A stretch of DNA of 64,000 nucleotides. Origin: Bugula neritina. Taxonomy: Eukaryota; Animalia; Bryozoa. The notes under the pieces were generated by a model that had not been told where the DNA came from, did no database searches, and saw nothing but the letters and a program-made list of their open reading frames with translations. The DNA is taken from assembly GCA_964035545.1 (NCBI GenBank), contig OZ037766.1, forward strand, positions 18,749,081-18,813,080, given 5' to 3'. Of this stretch, positions 1 to 13,478 are shown in pieces; within the stretch, counting starts at the first letter, position 1; every line of letters starts with the position of its first letter. The position numbers were made by a program, and so were the translations under genes.

Positions 1-27
1 TCACAGTGCATTTTCAGGTATTACACT

Positions 28-3000
28 ATACTTCAGTGAGTTTTTGTGTCGTTCAGTATGTTGCAGTATATTTTAGTATCTTGGAACATGTTTCAATTTG
101 TTGCAATGTATTTCAATATGTTACAGTGTATTTCAGTATGTTGCAGTATGTTGCAATGTATTTCGGTATGTTACAGTGTATTTCAGTATGTTGCAGTATC
201 TTGCAGTATATGTCAGTATGTTGCAGTATATTTCAGTATGTTGCAGTATATTTCAGTGGGTTACAGTATATTTCATTATGTTGCAGTATGTTGCATTATA
301 TTTCAGTAGTTTGCAACATATTTCAGTAGGTTACCATATATTTCGGTATGTTGTAGCATATTTCAATGTGTTGCAGTGTTTTCAGTATGGTACAGTGTAT
401 TTCAGTATGTTGCAGTGTATTTCAGTGTGTTACAGTATTTTTAGGTATATTTCAGTATGTTGAAGTATATTTTAGTATGTTGCAGTGTAATTCAGTATGT
501 TGCAGTATATTTCAGTATGTTGTCGTATGTTTTAGTACTTTACAGTACACTTCTGTATATTACAGTATACATCAGTGTGCTGCAGTGTCCTTTAGTATGT
601 TGCGGTGTGTTTCAATCTGTTACAGTATATTTCAGTAGTTTACCATATATTTCGGTATGTTGCAGTATATTTCAATGTGGTGCACTGTATTTCAATATGT
701 TACTGTGTATTTCAGTATGTTGTAGTATGTTGCAGTGTATTTCAGTATGCTGCAGTGTATTTCAGTATGTTGCAGTAAGTTGCAGTATATTTCAGTATGT
801 TACAGTGTATTTCAGTATGTTGCAGTGTATTTCAGTGTGTTACAGTATATTTCAGTATGTTACAGTACATTTCTTTATATTACACTATATTTCAGTGGGT
901 TGCAGTGTAGTTCAGTGTGCTACAGCATATTTCAGTATGTTGCAGTGTTTTTCAATTTGTTACAGTATATTTCAGTATATTACCGTATATTTAAGTATGT
1001 TAAAGTTTATTCCGATGTGTTGCAGTGTATTTCAGTATGTTACAGTGTATTTCAGTGTGTTGCCGTATTTTGCAATATGTTTCAAATGTTACAGTGTATT
1101 TCAGTATGTTGCAGTATATTTCAGTATGATACAATAAGTTTCAGTATGTTGGAGTATATTTCAGTGGGTTACAGTATATTTCAGTATGATACAGTGCATT
1201 TCGGTGCGTTACAGTATATTTCAGTATGATACAGCGTACTTCAGTATGTTTCAGTGTATTTCAGTATGCTTCAATATTTTTAGGTATATTTCAGTATGTT
1301 GCAGTATATTTCAGTATGTTGTCGTATGTTTCAGTATTTTACAGGACATTTCTGTATATTACAGTATACTTCAGTGTGTTGCAGTGTATTTAAGTATGCT
1401 GCGATATGTTTAAATGTGTTACAGTATATTTCAGTAGTTTACCATATATTTCGGTATGTTGCAGTATATTTCAATGTGTTTCACTGCATTTCAATATGTT
1501 ACAGTATATTTCATTATGTTGCAGTATCTTGCAGTATATTTCAGTAGTTTGCAACATATCTCAGTAGGTTACCATATATTTCGGTATGATGCAGCATATT
1601 TCAGTATGTTACAGTGTATTTCAGTATGTTGCAGTATCTTGCAGTATATTTCAGTACTTTGCATCATATTTCAGTAGGTTACCCTATATTTCGGTATGTT
1701 GCAGCATATTTCAATCTGTTGCAGTGTGTTCGGTATATTGCAGTATATTTCAGTGGGTTATAGTATATTTCAGTATGATACAGCGTAGTTCAGTATGTTG
1801 CAATGTTTTTCAATATGTTGCAGTATATTTAAGTATGTTGCAGTATGTTTCAGTGGGTTACAGTATATTTCATTATGTTGCAGGATGTTACAGTATATTT
1901 CAGTAGTTTGCAACATATTTCAGTAGGTTACCATACATTACGGTATGTTGCAGTATATTATTTCAATGTGTTGCAGCGTATTTCAATATGTTACAGTGTA
2001 TTTCAGTATGTTTTGGTGTATTTCAGTATGTTTCAAATTTTTTAGGTATATTTCAGTATGTTGAAGTATATTTTAGTATGTAGCAGTGTAATTCAGTACG
2101 TTGCAGTATATTTCAGTATGTTGTCGTATGTTTTAGTATTTTACAGTACATTTCTGTGTATTACAGTATACATCAGTGTGTTGCAGTGTACCTCAGTATG
2201 TTGCGGTGTGTTTCAATGTGTTACAGTATATCTCAGTAGTTTACCATATATTTCGGTATGTTGCAGTATACTTCCGTATGTTACAGTGTATTTCAATATG
2301 TGGCGGTGTATTTCAGTGTGTTAAGGTATATTTCAGTATGTTACAGTACATTTCTTTATATTACACTATATTTCAGTGAGTTGCAGTGTAGTTCAGTGTG
2401 CTACAGCATATTTCAGTATGTTGCAGTGTTTTTCAATTTGTTACAGTATATTTCAGTATATTACCGTATATTTAAGTATGTTAAAGTTTATTCCGATGCG
2501 TTGCAGTGTATTTCAGTATGTTACAGTGTATTTCAGTATGTTGCAGTATTTTGCAATATATTTCAAATGTTACAGTGTATTTCAGTATGTTGCAGTATAT
2601 TTCAGTATGATACAATAAGTTTCAGTATGTTGGAGTATATTTCAGTGGGTTACAGTATATTTCAGTATGATACAATGCATTTCGGTGCGTTACAGTATAT
2701 TTCAGTATGATACAGCGTATTTCGGTATTTTTCAGTGTATTTCAGTATGCTTCAATATTTTTAGGTATATTTCAGTATGTTGAAGTATATTTTAGTATGT
2801 TGCAGTGTAATTCAGTATGTTGCAGTGTATTTCAGTATGTTGTCGTATGTTTCAGTATTTTACAGGACATTTCTGTATATTACATTATACTTCAGTGTGT
2901 TGCAGTGTATTTCAGTATGCTGCGATATGTTTAAGTGTGTTACAGTATTATTCAGTAGTTTACCATATATTTCGGTATGTTGCAGTATATTTCAATGTGT

Positions 3001-6000
3001 TGCACTGCATTTCAATATGATACAGTATATTTCATTATGTTGCAATATGTTGCAGTATATTTCAGTAGTTTGCAACATATTTCAGTGGTTTACCATATAT
3101 TTCGGTATGTTGCAGTGTATTTCAGTATGTTGCAGTGTATTTCAGTATGTTGCAGTATGTTGCAGCATATTTCAGTATGTTACAGCGTCTTTCAGTATGT
3201 TGCAGTGTATTTCAGTGTGTTACAGTATAATATTTCAGTATGTTAGAGTACACTTCCGTAAATTACACTATACTTCAGTGAGTTGTACTCTATTTCAGTA
3301 TCGTGCAGTATATCTCAGTATGTTACAGTATATTTCAGCATGTTGCGGTATATTTCAGTGTGTTACAGTATATTTCATTATGTTACAGTGCATTTCTAGA
3401 TATTACACCATACTTCAGTGAGTTTTTGTGTCGTTCAGTATGTTGCAGTATATTTTAGTATCTTGGAACATGTTTCAATTTGTTGCAATGTATTTCAATA
3501 TGTTACAGTGTATTTCAGTATGTTGCAGTATGTTGCAATGTATTTCGGTATGTTACAGTGTATTTCAGTATGTTGCAGTATCTTGCAGTATATGTCAGTA
3601 TGTTGCAGTATATTTCAGTATGTTGCAGTATATTTCAGTGGGTTACAGTATATTTCATTATGTTGCAGTATGTTGCATTATATTTCAGTAGTTTGCAACA
3701 TATTTCAGTAGGTTACCATATATTTCGGTATGTTGTAGCATATTTCAATGTGTTGCAGTGTTTTCAGTATGGTACAGTGTATTTCAGTATGTTGCAGTGT
3801 ATTTCAGTGTGTTACAGTATTTTTAGGTATATTTCAGTATGTTGAAGTATATTTTAGTATGTTGCAGTGTAATTCAGTATGTTGCAGTATATTTCAGTAT
3901 GTTGTCGTATGTTTTAGTACTTTACAGTACACTTCTGTATATTACAGTATACATCAGTGTGCTGCAGTGTCCTTTAGTATGTTGCGGTGTGTTTCAATCT
4001 GTTACAGTATATTTCAGTAGTTTACCATATATTTCGGTATGTTGCAGTATATTTCAATGTGGTGCACTGTATTTCAATATGTTACTGTGTATTTCAGTAT
4101 GTTGTAGTATGTTGCAGTGTATTTCAGTATGCTGCAGTGTATTTCAGTATGTTGCAGTAAGTTGCAGTATATTTCAGTATGTTACAGTGTATTTCAGTAT
4201 GTTGCAGTGTATTTCAGTGTGTTACAGTATATTTCAGTATGTTACAGTACATTTCTTTATATTACACTATATTTCAGTGGGTTGCAGTGTAGTTCAGTGT
4301 GCTACAGCATATTTCAGTATGTTGCAGTGTTTTTCAATTTGTTACAGTATATTTCAGTATATTACCGTATATTTAAGTATGTTAAAGTTTATTCCGATGT
4401 GTTGCAGTGTATTTCAGTATGTTACAGTGTATTTCAGTGTGTTGCCGTATTTTGCAATATGTTTCAAATGTTACAGTGTATTTCAGTATGTTGCAGTATA
4501 TTTCAGTATGATACAATAAGTTTCAGTATGTTGGAGTATATTTCAGTGGGTTACAGTATATTTCAGTATGATACAGTGCATTTCGGTGCGTTACAGTATA
4601 TTTCAGTATGATACAGCGTACTTCAGTATGTTTCAGTGTATTTCAGTATGCTTCAATATTTTTAGGTATATTTCAGTATGTTGCAGTATATTTCAGTATG
4701 TTGTCGTATGTTTCAGTATTTTACAGGACATTTCTGTATATTACAGTATACTTCAGTGTGTTGCAGTGTATTTAAGTATGCTGCGATATGTTTAAATGTG
4801 TTACAGTATATTTCAGTAGTTTACCATATATTTCGGTATGTTGCAGTATATTTCAATGTGTTTCACTGCATTTCAATATGTTACAGTATATTTCATTATG
4901 TTGCAGTATCTTGCAGTATATTTCAGTAGTTTGCAACATATCTCAGTAGGTTACCATATATTTCGGTATGATGCAGCATATTTCAGTATGTTACAGTGTA
5001 TTTCAGTATGTTGCAGTATCTTGCAGTATATTTCAGTACTTTGCATCATATTTCAGTAGGTTACCCTATATTTCGGTATGTTGCAGCATATTTCAATCTG
5101 TTGCAGTGTGTTCGGTATATTGCAGTATATTTCAGTGGGTTATAGTATATTTCAGTATGATACAGCGTAGTTCAGTATGTTGCAATGTTTTTCAATATGT
5201 TGCAGTATATTTAAGTATGTTGCAGTATGTTTCAGTGGGTTACAGTATATTTCATTATGTTGCAGGATGTTACAGTATATTTCAGTAGTTTGCAACATAT
5301 TTCAGTAGGTTACCATACATTACGGTATGTTGCAGTATATTATTTCAATGTGTTGCAGCGTATTTCAATATGTTACAGTGTATTTCAGTATGTTTTGGTG
5401 TATTTCAGTATGTTTCAAATTTTTTAGGTATATTTCAGTATGTTGAAGTATATTTTAGTATGTAGCAGTGTAATTCAGTACGTTGCAGTATATTTCAGTA
5501 TGTTGTCGTATGTTTTAGTATTTTACAGTACATTTCTGTGTATTACAGTATACATCGGTGTGTTGCAGTGTACCTCAGTATGTTGCGGTGTGTTTCAATG
5601 TGTTACAGTATATCTCAGTAGTTTACCATATATTTCGGTATGTTGCAGTATACTTCCGTATGTTACAGTGTATTTCAATATGTGGCGGTGTATTTCAGTG
5701 TGTTAAGGTATATTTCAGTATGTTACAGTACATTTCTTTATATTACACTATATTTCAGTGAGTTGCAGTGTAGTTCAGTGTGCTACAGCATATTTCAGTA
5801 TGTTGCAGTGTTTTTCAATTTGTTACAGTATATTTCAGTATATTACCGTATATTTAAGTATGTTAAAGTTTATTCCGATGCGTTGCAGTGTATTTCAGTA
5901 TGTTACAGTGTATTTCAGTATGTTGCAGTATTTTGCAATATATTTCAAATGTTACAGTGTATTTCAGTATGTTGCAGTATATTTCAGTATGATACAATAA

Positions 6001-9000
6001 GTTTCAGTATGTTGGAGTATATTTCAGTGGGTTACAGTATATTTCAGTATGATACAATGCATTTCGGTGCGTTACAGTATATTTCAGTATGATACAGCGT
6101 ATTTCGGTATTTTTCAGTGTATTTCAGTATGCTTCAATATTTTTAGGTATATTTCAGTATGTTGAAGTATATTTTAGTATGTTGCAGTGTAATTCAGTAT
6201 GTTGCAGTGTATTTCAGTATGTTGTCGTATGTTTCAGTATTTTACAGGACATTTCTGTATATTACATTATACTTCAGTGTGTTGCAGTGTATTTCAGTAT
6301 GCTGCGATATGTTTAAGTGTGTTACAGTATTATTCAGTAGTTTACCATATATTTCGGTATGTTGCAGTATATTTCAATGTGTTGCACTGCATTTCAATAT
6401 GATACAGTATATTTCATTATGTTGCAATATGTTGCAGTATATTTCAGTAGTTTGCAACATATTTCAGTGGTTTACCATATATTTCGGTATGTTGCAGTGT
6501 ATTTCAGTATGTTGCAGTGTATTTCAGTATGTTGCAGTATGTTGCAGCATATTTCAGTATGTTACAGCGTCTTTCAGTATGTTGCAGTGTATTTCAGTGT
6601 GTTACAGTATAATATTTCAGTATGTTAGAGTACACTTCCGTAAATTACACTATACTTCAGTGAGTTGTACTCTATTTCAGTATCGTGCAGTATATCTCAG
6701 TATGTTACAGTATATTTCAGCATGTTGCGGTATATTTCAGTGTGTTACAGTATATTTCATTATGTTACAGTGCATTTCCAGATATTACACCATACTTCAG
6801 TGAGTTTTTGTGTCGTTCAGTATGTTGCAGTATATTTTAGTATCTTGGAACATGTTTCAATTTGTTGCAATGTATTTCAATATGTTACAGTGTATTTCAG
6901 TATGTTGCAGTATGTTGCAATGTATTTCGGTATGTTACAGTGTATTTCAGTATGTTGCAGTATCTTGCAGTATATGTCAGTATGTTGCAGTATATTTCAG
7001 TATGTTGCAGTATATTTCAGTGGGTTACAGTATATTTCATTATGTTGCAGTATGTTGCATTATATTTCAGTAGTTTGCAACATATTTCAGTAGGTTACCA
7101 TATATTTCGGTATGTTGTAGCATATTTCAATGTGTTGCAGTGTTTTCAGTATGGTACAGTGTATTTCAGTATGTTGCAGTGTATTTCAGTGTGTTACAGT
7201 ATTTTTAGGTATATTTCAGTATGTTGAAGTATATTTTAGTATGTTGCAGTGTAATTCAGTATGTTGCAGTATATTTCAGTATGTTGTCGTATGTTTTAGT
7301 ACTTTACAGTACACTTCTGTATATTACAGTTTACATCAGTGTGCTGCAGTGTCCTTTAGTATGTTGCGGTGTGTTTCAATCTGTTACAGTATATTTCAGT
7401 AGTTTACCATATATTTCGGTATGTTGCAGTATATTTCAATGTGGTGCACTGTATTTCAATATGTTACTGTGTATTTCAGTATGTTGTAGTATGTTGCAGT
7501 GTATTTCAGTATGCTGCAGTGTATTTCAGTATGTTGCAGTAAGTTGCAGTATATTTCAGTATGTTACAGTGTATTTCAGTATGTTGCAGTGTATTTCAGT
7601 GTGTTACAGTATATTTCAGTATGTTACAGTACATTTCTTTATATTACACTATATTTCAGTGGGTTGCAGTGTAGTTCAGTGTGCTACAGCATATTTCAGT
7701 ATGTTGCAGTGTTTTTCAATTTGTTACAGTATATTTCAGTATATTACCGTATATTTAAGTATGTTAAAGTTTATTCCGATGTGTTGCAGTGTATTTCAGT
7801 ATGTTACAGTGTATTTCAGTGTGTTGCCGTATTTTGCAATATGTTTCAAATGTTACAGTGTATTTCAGTATGTTGCAGTATATTTCAGTATGATACAATA
7901 AGTTTCAGTATGTTGGAGTATATTTCAGTGGGTTACAGTATATTTCAGTATGATACAGTGCATTTCGGTGCGTTACAGTATATTTCAGTATGATACAGCG
8001 TACTTCAGTATGTTTCAGTGTATTTCAGTATGCTTCAATATTTTTAGGTATATTTCAGTATGTTGCAGTATATTTCAGTATGTTGTCGTATGTTTCAGTA
8101 TTTTACAGGACATTTCTGTATATTACAGTATACTTCAGTGTGTTGCAGTGTATTTAAGTATGCTGCGATATGTTTAAATGTGTTACAGTATATTTCAGTA
8201 GTTTACCATATATTTCGGTATGTTGCAGTATATTTCAATGTGTTTCACTGCATTTCAATATGTTACAGTATATTTCATTATGTTGCAGTATCTTGCAGTA
8301 TATTTCAGTAGTTTGCAACATATCTCAGTAGGTTACCATATATTTCGGTATGATGCAGCATATTTCAGTATGTTACAGTGTATTTCAGTATGTTGCAGTA
8401 TCTTGCAGTATATTTCAGTACTTTGCATCATATTTCAGTAGGTTACCCTATATTTCGGTATGTTGCAGCATATTTCAATCTGTTGCAGTGTGTTCGGTAT
8501 ATTGCAGTATATTTCAGTGGGTTATAGTATATTTCAGTATGATACAGCGTAGTTCAGTATGTTGCAATGTTTTTCAATATGTTGCAGTATATTTAAGTAT
8601 GTTGCAGTATGTTTCAGTGGGTTACAGTATATTTCATTATGTTGCAGGATGTTACAGTATATTTCAGTAGTTTGCAACATATTTCAGTAGGTTACCATAC
8701 ATTACGGTATGTTGCAGTATATTATTTCAATGTGTTGCAGCGTATTTCAATATGTTACAGTGTATTTCAGTATGTTTTGGTGTATTTCAGTATGTTTCAA
8801 ATTTTTTAGGTATATTTCAGTATGTTGAAGTATATTTTAGTATGTAGCAGTGTAATTCAGTACGTTGCAGTATATTTCAGTATGTTGTCGTATGTTTTAG
8901 TATTTTACAGTACATTTCTGTGTATTACAGTATACATCAGTGTGTTGCAGTGTACCTCAGTATGTTGCGGTGTGTTTCAATGTGTTACAGTATATCTCAG

Positions 9001-10190
9001 TAGTTTACCATATATTTCGGTATGTTGCAGTATACTTCCGTATGTTACAGTGTATTTCAATATGTGGCGGTGTATTTCAGTGTGTTAAGGTATATTTCAG
9101 TATGTTACAGTACATTTCTTTATATTACACTATATTTCAGTGAGTTGCAGTGTAGTTCAGTGTGCTACAGCATATTTCAGTATGTTGCAGTGTTTTTCAA
9201 TTTGTTACAGTATATTTCAGTATATTACCGTATATTTAAGTATGTTAAAGTTTATTCCGATGCGTTGCAGTGTATTTCAGTATGTTACAGTGTATTTCAG
9301 TATGTTGCAGTATTTTGCAATATATTTCAAATGTTACAGTGTATTTCAGTATGTTGCAGTATATTTCAGTATGATACAATAAGTTTCAGTATGTTGGAGT
9401 ATATTTCAGTGGGTTACAGTATATTTCAGTATGATACAATGCATTTCGGTGCGTTACAGTATATTTCAGTATGATACAGCGTATTTCGGTATTTTTCAGT
9501 GTATTTCAGTATGCTTCAATATTTTTAGGTATATTTCAGTATGTTGAAGTATATTTTAGTATGTTGCAGTGTAATTCAGTATGTTGCAGTGTATTTCAGT
9601 ATGTTGTCGTATGTTTCAGTATTTTACAGGACATTTCTGTATATTACATTATACTTCAGTGTGTTGCAGTGTATTTCAGTATGCTGCGATATGTTTAAGT
9701 GTGTTACAGTATTATTCAGTAGTTTACCATATATTTCAGTATGTTGCAGTATATTTCAATGTGTTGCACTGCATTTCAATATGATACAGTATATTTCATT
9801 ATGTTGCAATATGTTGCAGTATATTTCAGTAGTTTGCAACATATTTCAGTGGTTTACCATATATTTCGGTATGTTGCAGTGTATTTCAGTATGTTGCAGT
9901 GTATTTCAGTATGTTGCAGTATGTTGCAGCATATTTCAGTATGTTACAGCGTCTTTCAGTATGTTGCAGTGTATTTCAGTGTGTTACAGTATAATATTTC
10001 AGTATGTTAGAGTACACTTCCGTAAATTACACTATACTTCAGTGAGTTGTACTCTATTTCAGTATCGTGCAGTATATCTCAGTATGTTACAGTATATTTC
10101 AGCATGTTGCGGTATATTTCAGTGTGTTACAGTATATTTCATTATGTTACAGTGCATTTCCAGATATTACACCATACTTCAGTGAGTTTT
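28..10190 (+). repeat. Higher-order tandem triplication, period 3382 bp (338 units, net +2 from indels)
   Basis: The ORF track repeats at exact 3382 offsets (46/3428/6810, 457/3839/7221, 2777/6159/9541). I noticed only four substitutions between copies (3397, 5557, 7331, 9738). Confidence 0.95.
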
Positions 10191-13100
10191 AGTGTTTTTC
10201 AGTAAGTTGCAGTATGTTTCGGTATCTTGCAACATATTTCAATGTGTTGCAATGTATTTCAATATGTTACAGTGTATTTCAGTATGTTGCAGCATGTTGC
10301 AGTGTATTTCAGTATGTTACAGTGTATTTCAGTATGTTGCAGTATATTATTTCAGTGGGTTACAGTATATTCCAGTATGTTGCAGTATGTTGCAGTATAT
10401 TTCAGTATGTTGCAGTATATTATTTCATGGGGTTACAGTATATTCCAGTATGTTGCAGTATGTTGCAGTATATTTCAGTAGTTTGCAACATATTTCTGTA
10501 GGTTACCATATATTTCGGTACGTTGCAGTATATTTCAATGTGTTGCAGTGTATTTCAATATGTTACAGTGTATTTCGGTATGTTGCAGTATGTTGCAGTA
10601 TGTTGCAGTATGTTGCAGTATGTTACAGTGTATTTCAGTATGTTGCAGTGTATTTCAGTGTGTTACAGTATATTTCAGTATGTTACAGCACATTTCTTTA
10701 TATTACACTATATTTCAGTGAGTTGCAGTGTAGTTCAGTGTGCTACAGCATATCTCAGTATGTTGCAGTGTTTTTCAATTTGTTACAGTATATTACAGTA
10801 TATTACCGTATATTTAAGTATGTCAAAGTTTATTCCGATGTGTTGCAGTGTATTTCAGTATGTTGCAGTGTATTTCAGTATGTTGCAGTATGTTGCAGCA
10901 TATTTCAGTATGTTACAGCGTATTTCAGTATGTTGCAGTGTATTTCAGTATGTTGCAGTATCTTGCAGTATCTTGCAGTATATGTCAGTATGTTGCAGTA
11001 TATTTCAGTATGTTGCAGTATATTTCAGTGGGTTACAGTATATTCCATTATGTTGCAGTATGTTGCATTATATTTCAGTAGTTTGTAACATATTTCAGTA
11101 GGTTACCATATATTTCGCTATGTTGCAGTATATTTCGATGTGTTGCAGTGTATTTAAATATGTTACAGTGTATTTCAGTATGTTAGAGAACACTTCCGTA
11201 AATTACACTATACTTCAGTGAGTTGTAGTATATATCAGTATCTTGCAGTATATCTCAGTATGTTACAGTATATTTCAGTATGTTGCAGTACATTTCAGTG
11301 TGTTACGGTATATTTCATTATGTTGCAGTATGTTGCAGTATATTTCAGTAGTTTGCAACATATTTCAGTAGGTTACCCTATATTTCGGTATGTTGCAGTA
11401 TATTTCAACGTGTTGCAGTGTATTTCAGCATGTTGCAGTATAGTTCAGTGGGTTATAGTATATTTCAGTATGATACAGTGTATGTCGGTATGTTACAGTG
11501 TACTTCAGTATGTTTCAATATTTTTAGGTATATTTCAGTATGTTGAAGTATATTTTAGTATGTTGCAGTGTAATTCAGTATGTTGCAGTATATTTCAGTA
11601 TGTTGTCGTATGTTTTAGTACTTTACAGTACACTTCTGTATATTAGAGTATACATCAGTGTGTTGCAGTGTCCTTCAGTATGTCGCGGTGTGTTTCAATC
11701 TGTTACAGTATATTTCAGTAATTTACCATATATTTCGGTATGTTGCAGTATATTTCAATGTGGTGCACTGCATTTCAATATGTTACTGTGTATTTCAGTA
11801 TGTTGTAGTATTTTGCAGTATATTTCAGTAGTTTGCAACATATCTCAGTAGGTTACCATATATTTCAGTATGTTGCAGTATTTTTCAGTGGGTTACAGCA
11901 TATTTTAGTATGATACAGTCTATTTCAGTATGTTACAGTGTATTTCAGTATGCTTCAATTTTTTTAGGTATATTTCATTATGTTGAAGTATATTTTAGTA
12001 TGTTGCAGTGTAATTCAGTATGTTACAGTACATTTCAGTATGATACAATAAATTTCGGTATGTCGGAGTATATTTCAGTGCGTTACAGTATATTTCAGTA
12101 TGATACAGCGTATTTCAGTATGTTTCAGTGTATTTCAGTATGCTTCAATTCTTTTAGGTATATTTCATTATGTTGAAGTATATTTTAGTATGTTGCAGTG
12201 TAATTCAGTATGTTGCAGTATATTTCAGTATGTTGTCGTATGTTTCAGTATTTTACAGGACATTTCCGTATATTACAGTATACTTCAGTGTGTTGCAGTG
12301 TATTTCAGCACGTTGCAATATAATTTAGTGTGTTACAGTATATTTCATTATGTTACAGTGCATTTCCAGAAATTACACTATACTTCAGTGACTTTTAGTG
12401 TCTCTCAGTATGTTGCAGTATATTTCGGTATCTTTCAACGTATTTCAATGTGTTGCAATGTATTTCAATATGTTACAGTGTATTTCAGTATGTTGCAGCA
12501 TGTTGCAGTGTATTTCAGTATGTTACAGTGTATTTCAGTAGGTTTCAATATCTTGCAGTATATTTCAGTATGTTGCAGTATATTTCAGTATGTTGCAGTA
12601 TATTATTTCAGTGGGTTACAGTATATTCCAGTATGTTGCAGTATGTTGCAGTATATTTCAGTAGTTTGCAACATATTTCTGTAGGTTACCATTTATTTCG
12701 GTATTTTGCAGTATATTTCAATGTGTTGCAGTGTATTTCAATATGTTACAGTGTATTTCGGTATGTTGCAGTATGTTGCAGTATGTTGCAGTATGTTGCA
12801 GGTATTTCAGTGTTTTACAGTGTATTTCAGTAGTTTCAACATATTTCACTAGGTTACCATACATTTCGGTATGTTGTAGCATATTTCAATGTGTTGCAGT
12901 GTTTTCAGTATGTTGCAGTTTATTTCAGTGGGTTATAGTATATTTCAGTATGATACAGCGTATTTCAGTATGTTGCAGTGTTTTTCAATGTGTTACAGTA
13001 TAGTTCAGTATATTCCCGTATATTTAGGTATGTTACAGTTTATTCCGATGTGTTGCAGTGTATTTCAGTATGTTACAGTGTATTTCAGTATCTTGCAGTA

Positions 13101-13478
13101 TTTTGCAATTTATTTCAGTATGTTACATTATATTTCAGTATTTTGCAGTTTATTTCAGTGTGTTACAGTATATTTCAGTATATCACAGTGCATTTTCAGG
13201 TATTACATTATACTTCAGTGAGTTTTTGTGTCGTTCAGTATGTTGCAGTATATTTTAGTATCTTGGAACATGTTTCAATTTGTTGCAATGTATTTCAATA
13301 TGTTACAGTGTATTTCAGTATGTTGCAGTATGTTGCAATGTATTTCGGTATGTTACAGTGTATTTCAGTATGTTGCAGTATCTTGCAGTATATGTCAGTA
13401 TGTTGCAGTATATTTCAGTATGTTGCAGTATATTTCAGTGGGTTACAGTATATTTCATTATGTTGCAGTATGTTGCAT

